In this document: positions 11,430-25,841 of the stretch, piece by piece
How positions within the stretch are numbered: the first letter of the stretch is position 1
How the letters are laid out: each line of letters begins with the position of its first letter
The notes under the pieces: generated by a model
Seen by the model: the letters and a program-made list of their open reading frames with translations, nothing else
Databases searched by the model: none
What the model was told of the DNA's origin: nothing
Assembly: GCA_043228905.1 (NCBI GenBank)
Contig: JBHGNT010000016.1
Location: 10,106,001-10,170,000, forward strand
DNA length: 64,000 nt
DNA from: Azolla caroliniana
Taxonomy: Eukaryota > Plantae > Polypodiophyta
Reading direction: 5' to 3'
Translations under genes and position numbers: made by a program

Positions 11430-14400
11430 GGCAAGCTCAAGCTCAAGCATGTATGACCGGACCTGTACAACGACTGCATGAGAATGCACCAGAAAGTACA
11501 TCAACAGATCCCGGTCAACAACGAGTTGTCCATTTCATTTGCCAGAGCTTTTGCATACGAGTATTGCAAAACAACGAAGGAATCTCGTGACCCTAAAATG
11601 TACAGAGTAGCTTGGGAAATTTATGGTGAGGCATCGGTAGAAAGATGTCGGAAGATGGGGAGCTTGCAACAAAAAATGGCAAGATTTTGGAGCATGGCAG
11701 TTGATGATGCAATTGCCGACTCCCAACAAACCCGCAATTATACGCCACACTGACACACAATGAAAGCCAATGTTGATGATACAGGTGAGACATTGATTAG
11801 CTATATGCTAAAAAATATCCATGAAGCCTGTGAGACATTGGAGTTTTTTAAGACTGATTTAGAGAAAGCAACATTGGCTGCTGCGATGGAGAGCAAAGTC
11901 ACTTTGGCAGTTACAACAATCAGAAATAAGATTCAGGTACCTATTGTTTTACTAGTATGTAATATGTTATAAATAACTTGTACATGAAAATGTGCTACTG
12001 AGGCATTATCTGGAACAGGTTGCTCAACATGAACTTGAAATTGAGGGGTCGCTGGATCGCGACCGGAAAATTCAACTGCAGACAGAGATCCAAGTTCTTT
12101 CAATGAACGTGGACCTTCTAGGGGTAAATATTATCACTGATTACAATTTGGAAAAGCTACAAGTAAGTTAATGATTCTTGTTTCTTGTTCTTGTATCTTC
12201 CTCATTAAGGAATAATTAATTGGTAAATTTCTCGGCTGCGTGGAAGGAACAATACTCCCGTAAGAGAACAGGTAGTTAGTTGCCTTCAGAAGCAGCTACA
12301 TTTTGCGGAGTGGATGGTAAGGAGCAGACAAGAATTGGACTTGAACATTCTTGCTCCCTTACCAAATGAAGGAGAACCAAGAAACGATATATTAACTGTT
12401 CAACCACGTTGCATCGCTTGTGGATTACTTTGTTGGTTCACCTACAACCATGCCAACACACATACCATATCATTTGTTTTCAATCTGCTTGTCGCATTGC
12501 TGCATTCTGTTTGGGGGATTGTAGTACAGCTCTCCCAAATGAGTGGAGAAAACACACAGGTAAAATTGCTGCTTGTGACCATAGTGTAGCTAATTAGTTC
12601 CATCTTTGCTAATTAGGTAAGCTGTATAAAGTGTGGAAACTATTTAGCTATTATGGTTGTAGTGTAATAGCTAATTACCTAACATGTAGTTAATTAGCTA
12701 AGTGGTAGCTAATTAGCTACTACCATAGTTTAGTACAGTAGGTAATTAGCTAAGTGGTAGCTAATTACCTACTACCATAATTTAGTATAGTAGCTAACTA
12801 GCTAAGTGGTAGCTAATTAGCTACTACTATAGTTTAGTACAATAGCTAATTAGCTAAGTGGTAGCTCATTACCTACTACCATAGTTTAGTATAGTAGCTA
12901 ATTAGCTAAGTGGTAGCTAATTAGCTACCACTTACCTAATTAACTACTACCATAGTTTTGTACAGTAGCTAATTAGCTAAGTGGTAGATAATTAGCTACT
13001 ACCATACTTTAGCTGAGTAGCTAATTAGCTAAGTGGTAGCTAATTAGCGACTACCATACTTTAGCTGAGTAGCTAATTAGCAAAGTGGTAGCTAGTTAGC
13101 CACAACCATAGTTTAGTACAATAGTGAATTAGCTAAGTGGTAGCTAATTAACGACCGCCATACTTTAGTTGAGTAGCTAATTAGCAAAGTGGTAGCTAAT
13201 TGGCTACTACCATACTTTAGCTGAGTAGCTAATTAGAAAAGTGGTAGCTAGTTAGCCACAACCATAGTTTAGTACAATAGTGAATTAGCTAAGTGGTAGC
13301 TAATTAACGACCGCCATACTTTAGTTGAGTAGCTAATTAGCAAAGTGGTAGCTAATTGGCTACTACCATAGTTTAGTACAATAGCGAATTAGCTAAGTGG
13401 TAGCTAATTAGCTACTACCATAGTTTTGTACAGTAGCTAATTAGCTACTACCATAGTTTTGTACAATAGCTAATTAGCTACTACCATACTTTTAAAGTTA
13501 TAGTGGCTAACTAGCTAGTACCATACTTTAATTTAGTAGCTAATTAGCTAGTAGTATACCTAAGAGAAGTAACTAATTAGCTGTTGTCATAGTCTTGAAG
13601 AATAGATAGTTAGCTAAGATGTAGCTAAGCAACGACCATGTTGTTGTTGAATCTTGTGGATCAAGGAGGGCGCATGACCTGTCTGGTACTGATGACACAG
13701 CAACCGATGAGGAGATAGTCGCCAACGTGGCTGACAGTAAGAGTCCTGCTATCACATCTCCTTCAGATCAGCTCCACCCTATTCTTTTGGAAGATTGGAA
13801 TGAATTAGGCAACGAGGTGAAAAGCCATGAAATATTGGAAACAACATGTAAATCTGAGGTTCACAACAATAGTGTTTTTGAACACTTGATGCAACATTAC
13901 TTCGAATCCCAAAACCTTGATTCCACCCCACTGAGCCCAACTACTAATAATGTCCAAACAGATCCCATTGTACTGGAAAAGCTAGTGCAAGACGTGGTTG
14001 ACCTGCAAGCCGTTGCTGAGGTGATGGAAAGGTTGTCGAAGGAGGACACACTTGCGCAATGGGTCAAAGAAGCAAGGCTAAATGGGCAACCAGTTAGAAA
14101 AAGGCTGAAGAAGGGGCCACAATTGGGGACAAGACTAGTTACTCGGTCAAGGGGCTCTTGAATTGGAGCGAAATACTTATTAGTGGGATATGATTGTTAG
14201 TGATTATCCTATGGTTTTATGAAGTTTTACTATGATCTCTTTGGACAAGTAAAACCTTAGATTGGTTGTTGCTTGATACACATTATGTAATGGAACTCTA
14301 TGACGTTTCTCCAAAATAATTATGTTCATGTTTCTATGATGGAAAATATTTCATGTTCATTATGTTGTTTTGTGAGACTGTTAGTTACTTTGTGAGTGTG

Positions 14401-15263
14401 AATATGGTGATGTTTTCTGATGTTGCAGAGTCTAAAGGGTTTGAATCTATTGCTCCTAAGGCCGATGGCAATGTAGAAACTATTGATGTTGTTGCGTGTT
14501 TAGAGGGCCACATCTTGAAAGTAGATGTAGCAACTGACACAAATGATCTGGTCACGCATGTTGATCAAGCGTGTTGCACAGATGATCTGATTTTGTTGGT
14601 AGATGCAGCATGTGATACCAGTGGGGACCAGATCAGTATCTACATGCACTAAGCCAATTTATGACTAAGTCGACAACACAAGAGTACCAGAATGTGAAGC
14701 TAGGCCCAACATAGTCGACCAAGGGTTTGAAGAGGGAAAGGACACCAATTGTGCCAACAGAACCTGAGTTGATTGACCTTGATCGTGTGCTACCAATAAT
14801 TGGTGTAACAGAGGCTCAGTTACGGGAATGGAAACCAAAACCATTAGAAGTCTAAAGAAGAGCCTTGATCTTGGAACTTGATAAAGTCCTGATGAGTGTG
14901 CAATATATGACACTAATGAGGGATGCAATTCAATTTCTGGAGTGGACTATGCAATATTTTGATTTGTTTATTTGGAGCAAAAAGCCATGTACAGATGTGT
15001 GGAAGTGTGTAGAAAGATTCTTCCTGAAGTGGCGACAACATTTCAAGGGTTAGTGGACAAAAGAGAATTGTGAGCAGAATGATGTTGCAAGATTCAAATT
15101 GTGAATTGTGAGACTTTCTAATTTTTGGGACACTTGGCCAGATTATAATGCCGACAATACGTTGATCCTGGATATAGAACATATATGTAGAGAAGTTCCA
15201 CTGACCAGCAAGAGCTTAGTTGTTTATAGACGATTTCAAGACATTGGCAATGAGATGTTATAA
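11430..15263 (+). pseudogene. Accessory RING/FCP1-like gene of transposon copy 1 (5' deletion, stops, mutated acceptor)
   Basis: ORF pieces 11478, 11760, 12314, 13727, 14353 and 14865 match the copy-2 exons; first exons deleted; acceptor near 13650 reads TG. Confidence 0.85.
12590..13580. repeat. Intronic palindromic satellite (core TAGCTAATTAGCTA, ~50-bp unit)
   Basis: Repeated gctaattagctactaccatagtttagtacagtagctaattagctaagtggta. Confidence 0.95.
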
Positions 15264-15648
15264 ATATGTAATTTGCTACGACTTAATCAATGAAGAATTA
15301 AATGGCTTGTTTTGAGTAACTTATCTACTGTGTAATTTTAAGAGTATGTTCAGGATTGTTAATTTCATGATAGTGCTTTTTCTTAAAATTATGCAAACTA
15401 TTTTAACTTGTACATGGTTCACTTGAGTAAATCTGTATCTTAGAAAGAAGAACCCTAAACGATATTATTAAACTGTATATCAGAAAGAAGACTGCATATA
15501 AAAATGACACACGATTTTGTTGAGAAAGAAGAACCAAAAGTAGACTATATATGAAAAAAAAAACTCCCAAACAGGTCCATTAAACTATTTATTTGCAATA
15601 CATGTGCTTTGTTTGTTTTACAAGAAAACTGGTAATAGCTACGTGTAG

Positions 15649-18600
15649 CTACAAATTCCATGGCATACTGTTGTAAATACTTTCATACACATTAGCACTA
15701 ATTGTGTATAAACCTGAGCAGCTATTGTATTGAGACATTGGGACATTGATGCGCTTGATCAAATGAGAGTACATGTACGCCACTGGTTTGTCTTCTAATA
15801 GCCTATACACATAATCGTAATCATCTAGTCTTGCATAAAAAATACCTTCGATGTAGAATGTCCCGGTAGATACAACATTTCCCCAAGAAACTAGTATATT
15901 CTGTGTAGCACACTGTTTACTAACCGTGCACTTCAATATATAGAAATCAGCACCCTCTAAATTGCCTTCTGCTGCATTTACAACAAAATTATCCCCAACA
16001 TTTAAGATATCACTCAGAGTATCTCCACATCCTTGATATGTGAAGTTAGCATTCTTTTCTGTTTCCCCATCAACTGCTTCCTTATCGTTCAATGTATGAT
16101 ACTCCCAATTCTGAATATATGCATTCTTTAAACAATACCTCCAATTTCCCTGCACACAATGGAAGCAAAAACAAGTTAATTCTCTAACTGCAATACAATG
16201 ACCATCCAACCTAGAATAACTGTGAACATCATGGAGAGATCGCAATTCGGGAATTTCTTGGCACTCGCAGGTCTTCTCCCTATTTACTTCATCTATCTCA
16301 CTTCCCAAAATTCACGTTTGATATCTTGGACCTGGAAGGAATAAACACCATTTGCATTCGTTGACATATTAGCTCTTAAAAATTCAACTACATGTGCTGC
16401 ACAATTCATCTGCACACCATCTGCCTTTAGTTGTTCATGGGTAAGTGCTTGCTTTATAACAACACCTACACCATCATGTTCACCTTTAGCATGGCCAGAC
16501 CCAAAAAAATTCCATCTCATCTCCAAACCTGTTATAGCACAATACCTCCACACAAAATAAAATGGACGTCTAGCCTTGAATTGTGACGCAGCTCCATCAG
16601 ACCAGAGCCAATGTTGAGTAAGCTCCAAAGGTTTAGCTAATAACCATTGCCAATGTAAGTTAAAACAATGTTGGACGAACAAGGTGTCATGCTTCTTTTC
16701 ATCAGAAATAAAAAAATGAATTACTTTTTTAACATCACCTGAAACTTGAAAATATGTTATGTGCACAAAAATGGTTACCTGCGTTGAACACCAATGCATA
16801 GATTGAATTTCATTCTGTTGCTTGAAAGTATAATTCTTTGCGAAATCTACTACTGAGACTATTACATCATTTGGAAAATCAGATATGCAAGTCTTAAACT
16901 AATGGGCTTGCCATGAATAAATGAAGTTGTCTTTAATGAACTTTCCTAGAGATACTACAAATAGAGACGCCAAATCCCTTGGTTTAAGCGACTTCCTAAC
17001 TAGATCCTTTCTTTTACACACATTTCCTTCGAAATTGGTGTCAACTGACTCAAATAACTTGACAGAGATGAGTATTTCACTACTCAATTCATTTGGACAC
17101 CACCTAAATCTACTAGGGCCACAATCTCGACATAAACCAATGACACATTTATGACTGTGGAAGATGGCGTCAGTTTTTGTGGGACACAATACTGAATCTA
17201 AAAGACAACTCATGGAAGAGATAACATGCTCAGATGATTTACAGTGCTCATGCGGGCTAGATCGACAAATTGGGCACACACAAGTGCAAACTGCATTTGT
17301 TAGGGAGGCGTTATGGTGATGTAGTAGATTAATAGAGTCCTTGAGAAAAACCCATTTGTACATGGTAAATGCAACAACATGTGTATCGATCCTTCAAGCA
17401 TCTCACAAAGTGTGAAGAGACTCAAATGTTCATAGTTGAACACATTGATATTTGGATGCATTCGCCTGGACCTAATAAATAAATCGACCCGCGTAATAAA
17501 ATGGACATACTGATTAGCTCTATGGCTAAGTGCTAGCTAATTAGCTACTACCATGGTTTACTACAGTAGCTACTTAGCTAAGTGGTAGCTAATTACCTAC
17601 TACCATAGTTTAGTACAGTAGCTAATTAGCTAAGTGGTAGCTAAGTAGCTACTACCATAGTTTAGTACATTAGCTAATTAGCTACTACCATAGTTTAATA
17701 CATTAGCTACTACCATACTTTAGTTGAGTAGGTAATTAGCTACTACCATAGTCTAGTACAGTAGCCAATTAGCTAAGTGGTAGCTAATTAGCTACTACCA
17801 TAGTTTAGTACAGTTAGCTAATTAGCTAAGTGGTAGCTAATTAGCTATTATCAAACTTTAGTTGAGTAGCTAATTAGCTACTACCATAGTTTAGTACAGA
17901 TGCTAATTAACTAAGTGGTAGCTAATTAGCTACTATTAAACTTTAGTTGACTAGCTAATTCGCTACTACCATAGTTTAATACATTAGCTAAGTGGTAGCG
18001 CATTACCTACTACCATAGTTTAGTACAGTAGCTAATTAGCTAAGTGGTAGCTAACTAACTACTTTAGTTGAGTAGCTAATTAGCTACTACCATAGTTTAT
18101 TACAATAGCTAATTAGCTAAGTGGTAGCTAATTAGCTACTACCATAGTTTAGTACAATAGCTAATTAGTTAAGTGGTAGCTATGTAGCTACTACCATAGT
18201 TTAGTTGAGTAGGTAATTAGCTAAGTGGTAGCCAATTAGCTATTGCCATAGTTTAATACATTAGGTAAATGGTAGCTAAATAGTTTAGTACAGTAGCTAA
18301 TTAGTTACTAGCATAGTTTGATATAATAGCTAATTAGCTAAGTGGCAGTTAATTATCTACTACCATAGTTTAGTGCAGTAGCTAATTAGCGAACTGGTAG
18401 CTAATTAGTTACTACCATAGTTTAGTACAATAGCTAATTAGCTAACTGGTAGCTAATTAGCTACTACCATAATTTAGCTGAGTAACTAATTAACTAAGTG
18501 GTAGCTAATTAGCTACTACCATACTTTAGTTATAGGGGCTAATTAGCTACTACTATACTTTAGCTGAGTTGCTAATTAGCTTACTGGTAGCTAATTCGCT

Positions 18601-19721
18601 AATACCATACTTCAATTGAGTAGCTAATTAGCTAAGTGGTAGCTAATTAGCTACTACTATACTTTAGCCAATTTTGGTAGCTAATTAGCTATTGTTATAG
18701 GCAACTAATTAAGTATTGTGGTAGCTAAATAGCTATGAATGGTAGCTAGTTAGTTATTCTGGTAGCTAAATAGCTATATACTTAGGGAGCTAATTAGCTA
18801 TTATTGGTAGGTAGTTAGCTATGGGCATATTCTGAGGTAGGTAATTAGTTGTTCGGGTATGGTCATATTCAAAGGTAGCTAATAAGCTAACTATCTAAGC
18901 TCAACAGTGAAAACAAATGTTGAGATAAATGTAAATACCTGAGGTACATCAAGAAGATGAATGGGATGCTCCTCGTATTGACTCCTTCCAACACGTTTCT
19001 TGCATAAATCCTTCTTATTGGGTGAAACCCTACTCTCATTAGTCCAAAATATTGTGATTATATCCTTGATTTCTGATGTTATGGGTGTCATTGGCTTACA
19101 TCTTGTTGTTAGCTTTAGCAGACTAGTTCCTTCACCCGAGGAAACTATTCGGTTCAATGTATTGTACACAGTTTTTCTACTAACACCAATTACCTTAGAT
19201 AGCACATTGATGTCAATATCGTCAACATCACTATTAAGTAACATCATTAGACTATACCTTTGTAAGACAAGATCATCTTCTTACCCGCTCATGGATACGA
19301 AACTATTACGGAGATTATTTACTAGTATAGATGTTATGTTTGCATTACGACCATCACAATCAACTAACTCCTTTATCAATGGATCATTTAATATTCCATA
19401 AAGTACTACCTTCTTGTCTTCATTGCTAATGTGCTTTGTTTGAACATTGAAATAGTCTACAACCTTTCTCTCTATCTCTCTATGATAGTAGTCTCATTAC
19501 TTCCATTCTCAGTGATATTTAGACCTATATCCCAACCAATACTATCTTTACCTTTAGTGAGTATGGCTTTCATATCCTTCAACAATTGATGATGTTTTCT
19601 TTTTTCTTTCTACCCAATACTTTCATATCGCTTGTTGTGTCCTGATAGCGTCATCCCTATCCTAATGATCATTGAGGGGTAATTCTAAACACCCACCTTC
19701 CCCTTCCATTTGGCTTGACAG
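15649..19721 (-). pseudogene. Sola2-type transposase pseudogene of copy 1
   Basis: ORFs 15649, 16293, 16899 and 18891 match the copy-2 transposase; ATG->CTG at 19721, acceptor AG->GG at ~17489, internal stops and frameshifts. Confidence 0.9.
17510..18890. repeat. Intronic palindromic satellite in the copy-1 transposase intron (17489-18938)
   Basis: Same ~50-bp unit and same + strand orientation as 12590-13580. Confidence 0.95.
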
Positions 19722-19914
19722 GTTTAAACCCTAATTTTCCTGAAAAAAAGACACATATTAAAGATGGCTATGGGCAACAACTATACACAAAAATATTCCG
19801 CAATACACAAGATTATACAGAACAATACACAAGATAATCAATAGACAGAATAGTTATTCAAATCCAGGACCGAACAATGGCGGTAATCTAGGGCCAAATC
19901 TAAGTGGTGGCAAC

Positions 19915-20902
19915 CATAGAACGTAATATTCGTGTTCGTGCAAGCATTCAAACATTTGGAAACGAACACGTTTGAAATGGGAAAAATACGTGCTCCCTAT
20001 TTTTTCTTTTTTTTTGACATTTATTGGCATTACAATTTAGCTCACCCTAGTGCTAAGGAGTCAAGCTATTGTTGTCTATGTCTCGGCTTCAATTCCCAAT
20101 TTTCTCATCTCTCTCTCTCTCTCTCTTTCATTAGTAACATTTTTATAGCAAAATTTTATGTTAGTGTTATAATGTTTTTTTCTTTTCTTTTTTTATTATT
20201 AGAACTAATGTTATAATGTTAGTGTTACTTGTGTCTTGGGTTCAATTCCCAACTTTCTCATATTCTCTTGTTAGTGTCATGACAAAATTTTATGTTAGTG
20301 TCATGTTCCTTTTTCTTCTTTTTCTTTCTTTCTTTGTTATTAGAAATTAGGTCAACCTAGTGGTAAGTTGTTATGCTACTACTGCCTATGTCATGTTTTC
20401 TTCATATTCTCAAATATACGTTTTATGAGTTTTTTATCGTTTTTTTTTATTTCTTTTTTTATTTCTTTGTTATTAAAAATTAGCTCAGCCTAGTGGTAAG
20501 TTGTTATGCTACTATTGCCTATGTCATGTTTTCTTCATATTCTCGAATATACTTTTTATGAGTTTTTGAACATTTGATTATAATTTATAATGACATATTT
20601 TGATTCAATCTCTATAGTTCATACTCATTTTTTTGTAAAGTTCTAAAGTGAGGATGATAGAGATGTCTTGATTCTTAAGAAGCATCCCAAAAGTATGCAT
20701 GTGATACAATGCAAATATTGCAACCATACTTATGTTGGTGGTTTACAATGGATTAGAGTCCACTTATTGGGATTGAGAGTGAATCATTATATAATATAGA
20801 CCATAGTCAATCCAATCCAACTTTGAGATGATTTACCATACATGTTTGATTGAATCAATCTCGAATGCGAATTCACGTATGATACGTATGGTTCATTCTA
20901 TG
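19915..20902 (+). mobile_element. Non-autonomous hAT-like element with BED-finger remnant, nested in copy 1
   Basis: Ends CATAGAA/TTCTATG; 8-bp flanks gtggcaac/gtggcatt; ~20700-20775 translates IQCKYCNHTYVGGLQWIRVHLLG; absent from copy 2. Confidence 0.6.
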
Positions 20903-20929
20903 GTGGCATTCTACGTATGGTTCATTCTA

Positions 20930-21364
20930 AACCGAAGTGTAGATCAGACCTCCTGCTCACGATCTTCGCCTGGCGGCGGTTACAACAGAGACATGCTCTG
21001 TATCGCTCTCTCTCTCTCTCTTTGTATAGTCGTTACACCAAATTACTCTATACAAAGATAACAATAGCAACACTATATAGACACTGTTTGCCCTAGGTCA
21101 CATTTATACTAATATGACATTAGGACTATTTACAGATATAGCCCCAATGGGCTCTCTGAAACATATCTACATATATGTCCCTTCATCCGGTGAGAGGTTC
21201 TCACCGGGCCTGCAACATCCGGTTCTCACCGGGTCTTCCTTGCCGGGTACTCATCATCCGGTTCTCACCGGGTCTTCCGATGTCGAGCCTGCAACATCCG
21301 GTTCTCACCGGGTCTTCTGATGATAGGCCTGCGTATCCCATCCGGAGGGACCGAGATCCTAACA
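20930..21364 (-). mobile_element. Truncated Copia-type LTR nested in copy 1
   Basis: Minus strand begins tgttaggatctcggtccctccggatggg, like the LTR at 5668; internal ccggttctcaccgggtctt repeats. Confidence 0.65.
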
Positions 21365-21374
21365 GTTTTGACAA

Positions 21375-22205
21375 TCTAGGACCGAACAATGGCGGCAACT
21401 GACTGTAGAATGATGGCAATGGAGGAGTGAATTCCGTCGGATCGAACAGTGGCAGATGGTGCTCGGAATGCACAATGATGACAATTGAGAGTAGAATGGT
21501 AGCAATGGAGAAGGAGTGAAATCCTTCGGATCGAAAAGTGGTAGCAATACACCACCTATTAGTAGCGACAACTAAGTGTAGAATGATGGCAATGGATGAG
21601 TGAACTCCATCAAATCGAACAGTGGCAGATGATGCTTGGAACACACAGTGACGACAATTTAGAGTACAATGGCAGTAGTGGAGAAGGAGTGAACTCCCTC
21701 ACATCAAAAAGTGACAGCAATACACAACCTAACACTAGCGGCAACTAAGTGTAGAATGATGGCAATGGATGACTGAACTCCGTGAAATTGAAAAGTGGCA
21801 GCAATCCAGGACCGGTCACCGAATAGTTGCGGCAATTGAGTGTAGAATGATGGCAATGGAGGAGTGAACTCCATCAGATCGAATAGTGGTAGATGATGCT
21901 TGGAACGCACTGTGATGACAACTAAGAGTAGAATGGAGGCAGTGGAGAAGGATTTAACTTCGTCGGATCGAAAAGTGGCAGCAATATACGACCTTCACAA
22001 TAGCGGCAACTGAGTGTACAATGGCGGCAATGGAGGAGGGAACTTGACAGATGATGCTTGGACTGAACAATGGCGACAATTGAGTGTAGAATGGTGGCAA
22101 TGGAGGAGTGAACTCCATCAGATCGAACTGTGGCAGATGATACTTGGACCACTCAATGTCGGTAATTGAGTGTAGAATGGTGGCAATGGAGGAGTGGACT
22201 CAATA
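21375..22205. repeat. Diverged subterminal ~80-90-bp minisatellite of copy 1
   Basis: Repeated gagtgtagaatgatggcaatggaggagtgaactcc; reverse-complement homologue of 32879-33745. Confidence 0.85.
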
Positions 22206-22595
22206 GGGTTTAACAACAATGGTAGTAATCTAAGCCAGAATACTCAACCAAAGATGGCCCACGTGATGTGGCAAAGGATCATGCATAATGGACTTAGGAA
22301 TTTGGTATATAATTTATGGTGCACATATCAATTTATGTTGCATGTTTATGTTGCACATTTATGGTGCTCATTTAGATAATTAAAACTCTCTACTATTTTC
22401 AATGGTAGCTTTTTGCATAGCTAATTTATTAATGGTAGCTTTTTGCAAAAATAACTATTTATCAATGGTAGTTTTTTGCATAGCTAATTAATTAGCTATG
22501 TCAAGGACATAGCTAATTGTTTCCACTCGCATGCTTTCACCCTTCAATGCTCGTACTGAGCTATGACACTAACTCCTAAAAATATGCCAATCTAC

Positions 22596-23066
22596 TGTTA
22601 GCCGGTCAGCAAGGGAAGTCCAGAATGGGAAAAGGGGGATAATTAATAAACCGGGAGCTGATTAGTTATAATGTTATAATAGAGAATTATTATGATTTTG
22701 AGAAGCGAACGGACGGACCCGGAGTCGGTATGGCGATCCGGATCTGGACCGGTTCGTAGCCGGTTGCCGGTTGGCACCGGTTTGTACCTAAAGCCGGAGA
22801 CCTATAAAAGGGCCCGATTAGATTGTAATCAGGAGCGGATAATTAATAGAGTGTTGTTGTTCTGTATCTTAATCATTGTTAATTACTGTTCTGTGTTAAG
22901 TGTAATTTATCCTACGCGTGTATTGTGATTAATGATATTGCCGCTTAGTAACCAATTAGGGTGCCATTAATAGTCGGTCTAACTTTATATCACCACAACA
23001 CTCCTTTGGTGAAGTGTCTCAAAGGGACACCCTGTGTTAGGCCATTGTCCGGCCCTAGAGATAACA
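22596..23066 (+). mobile_element. Gypsy solo LTR (family Y, 471 bp)
   Basis: TGTTA...TAACA ends, perfect TSD TCTAC; similar to the LTRs at 54238-54707 and 61070-61506. Confidence 0.9.
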
Positions 23067-23319
23067 TCTACTAGGCTAGGACCATAGGCCTCTAAAGGGC
23101 TACCGGTTACACTGATTCGGATACCGATCACTTGGTTCCAATTTGCACTATGAAACATATTTACACATATATCCTTGGATCCGGTTTGCACCGGATCCAT
23201 CCGAATTCACTCAAACCGGTTTCCGGGTCTCATCCGGATCCACTTCCTTCATCTGGCTCATCCGATTCGGCTCGTCCGGTTCTCATCCAGACCCCATCCA
23301 GAGGAACCAAATTCCCAAC

Positions 23320-24400
23320 ACTTTCTTCCACACGTTCCACCTCACGCGGTTGCAAAATTTCTTGCCGGTAGTAAAAATTCTATTCACGGGGTTGTTCCTT
23401 GTTGTGTTGGCCTTGACCGAATCAACCTCTTCTTCCAGGACTTTGTCCCCTTCCTCCATCGAATTTTGAATAGAGCATGTCTCCTTCCTGCACATTGTTC
23501 CTCGTTCGATCGTCATTTTCTTCGACCACTAGCATAGATTGGAGATCGAAGAAAGTGGGAGGATTCTCCCTCGTGAGGACTGCCAACCTTATTGCACTGA
23601 ACCGGGGTGCTAGGCCACCAACGCATATTTGCACCATTTCATCGTCATCAATGTTGGTATTGGTCGACCCAAGGGAGTCACATAGCTCCTTGATCTTCAA
23701 GGTGTAACTACCGATTGACACATCCCTCTATTGGATATTGTTCAACTCTTGTCGGAGTTGAAGTTTCGTGCGGTTTAGTTCGCCGCAAATATCTTTTTGA
23801 GGTTGCCCCACGCCTCCTTCGGCATTTTGGCCTCTCGGATGTAGCCAAGCATGTGATCATGAACGCATGATGCACGGCAGTATAGCATGCAACTCACTGC
23901 TTGTTCCCAAGCTGGGTGATCAACATGTGCCGGGTTGGGTTGATTTTCTTGTGCTCCTTCAATGTAACTCCAATAGCCTTGGCCGACAAGGTATTGGTGC
24001 ATCTTGTACTCCCAAGATGCAAAGTTATTTCTGTTGAGTTTCTCAATAGGAAGAGTGCTTCCCATCTGAGTATTCATGGTAATCGACTTGTATGGATCAA
24101 TTTTTCTTCTTCCCTTTAATATGAACTGTGTAGATTGCTGCTACAACGATCCATCAGTTCTTCGTGAACGTCGGCGTATACACAACACATGTGTATGGTC
24201 TTGAACTAAGCTACCAATCTCTCTAATACCATGTAAAGAATCAGATATGATTCTGTGCAACGGAAGGTGTGTATATGTGTGTGTGTAATCGATCGATCGA
24301 GAAGGACGGAGAGAGAGAGAGAGATAGAACACCGGGTTATTCAGAAAGCCAGAAAACTGTATTAACCAGAGAATAAAATAACCAATAGTTACGAAGAGGA
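23320..24400 (-). mobile_element. Copia 5' fragment (LTR part, PBS, gag); its LTR continues at ~30814-31030
   Basis: PBS tggtattagaga at ~24219-24230; gag EKLNRNNFASWEYKMHQYL and UBN2-like motifs. Confidence 0.75.
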
Positions 24401-25841
24401 TGTAAGGAATCGACCGGCCACAACTGGTTTCCCGTTCGTATTCGTGTGCAGAAACCAAGAACTAGTACATAGACAAGAAAAACATGAAGACATAGAGACA
24501 CCGATATTTTACGTGGAAAACCCGAAATGGGAAAAATCACGGCGGTCCACAAACACTGTGAAAACAAATCACTATAGTAGAGAGGAAGTACAAAATACAG
24601 AACTCAAAGGCAACGACCTCAAGTTCTCCTTCGTCTGACCAACGACTACAGAGTTACACTCTCACTCCCTTACTCACGATTATAGAGGCAACTATCTCGT
24701 TCTAACCTTTTGATAATGATCACTACAACATCTATAAGGTTTACCCTAGTTGCTTATAAAAGAAAGCAACTTTCTGGCTTTTTACAAGTATAGCCCCCAG
24801 GAGGCATTTTTTTGCTATTTACAATTATAGTCTTTCGATTTTTGATTTCGCTTCGACCTATCGGCCTCGACCGAGATACTCACCAACACGATACTTCTCT
24901 TCCCATCCGGAGGAACATGTTTCTCAACAAACTCCCCCTTCACTCCGGCATGGGGCAAACAGACTGTCTATCGGCACACGTTTAGCTTTTCGGCTGACAA
25001 CACCTTCGTTAGCATATTCGATCCGTTTTCGGCCATGTGGATCTTCACTAGAGCAAACTCCTTTTCTTCTACCCGCTCTCAGAGCCAATGATATCTTCTC
25101 TAGATGTGTTTGGTCCTCGAGTGGTAAGCAACATTTTTTCGCAAAGTGGATGGCACTCTGGTTATCGCAATGGAGTTGGAATTCCTCTTGCCGAATTCCC
25201 AGCTCACCGATAAACTCCTTCATCCATATGATTTCCTTGCCAACTTCCGTTGCGGCCATATATTCGGCTTCCGTGGTCGATAGTGCCACGACGTTCTGCA
25301 GCCACAACTACCACGAAACAACCCCCCCTACATAAGTCATTACATACCCGGACGTAGATCAGCTGGTATCCACATCGGCCGACATGTCCTACTCAGTATA
25401 ACCTTGCAGTGTGGGGTTACCTGACCGAAATGGAGACACACATTCGAGGTGCCTTTTAGGTATCGAAGTAGCCACTTCATGGTAGCCCAATGTTCTCTTC
25501 CGAGGTTTCTCATATATCGGCTAACCATGCCGACTGCGTATCCTATGTCCGGCCTGGTACATACCATCACATACATCAGGCTTCCGAATTTCGAGGCATA
25601 AGGAACCTTTGACATCTCGGCCTTCTTGGTTTTCGATTTCGGACATTGTTCTTTGCTTAGCTTGCAATTCGTTGGCAGTGTCGAGCTGACCGGTTTCACG
25701 CTTTCCATGCCGAATCTCTAGAGCACCTTTGTCACGTATTTTTTTTGTTACAGCCACAACAATTTCTTTGTTCAATCCCGAACAATGTGCATCCCCATGA
25801 TTTCTTTGCCGGACCCATATCCTTCATCGAAAATGATCTGC

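Larger units (their letters stand above)
11240..22542 (-). mobile_element. Sola2-like DNA transposon, copy 1 (decayed)
   Basis: TIRs agctaaaagcatgcgagtggaaaca / tgtttccactcgcatgctttcaccc; TSD TTCA (11236-11239, 22543-22546); colinear with the reverse complement of 32528-43181. Confidence 0.9.
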
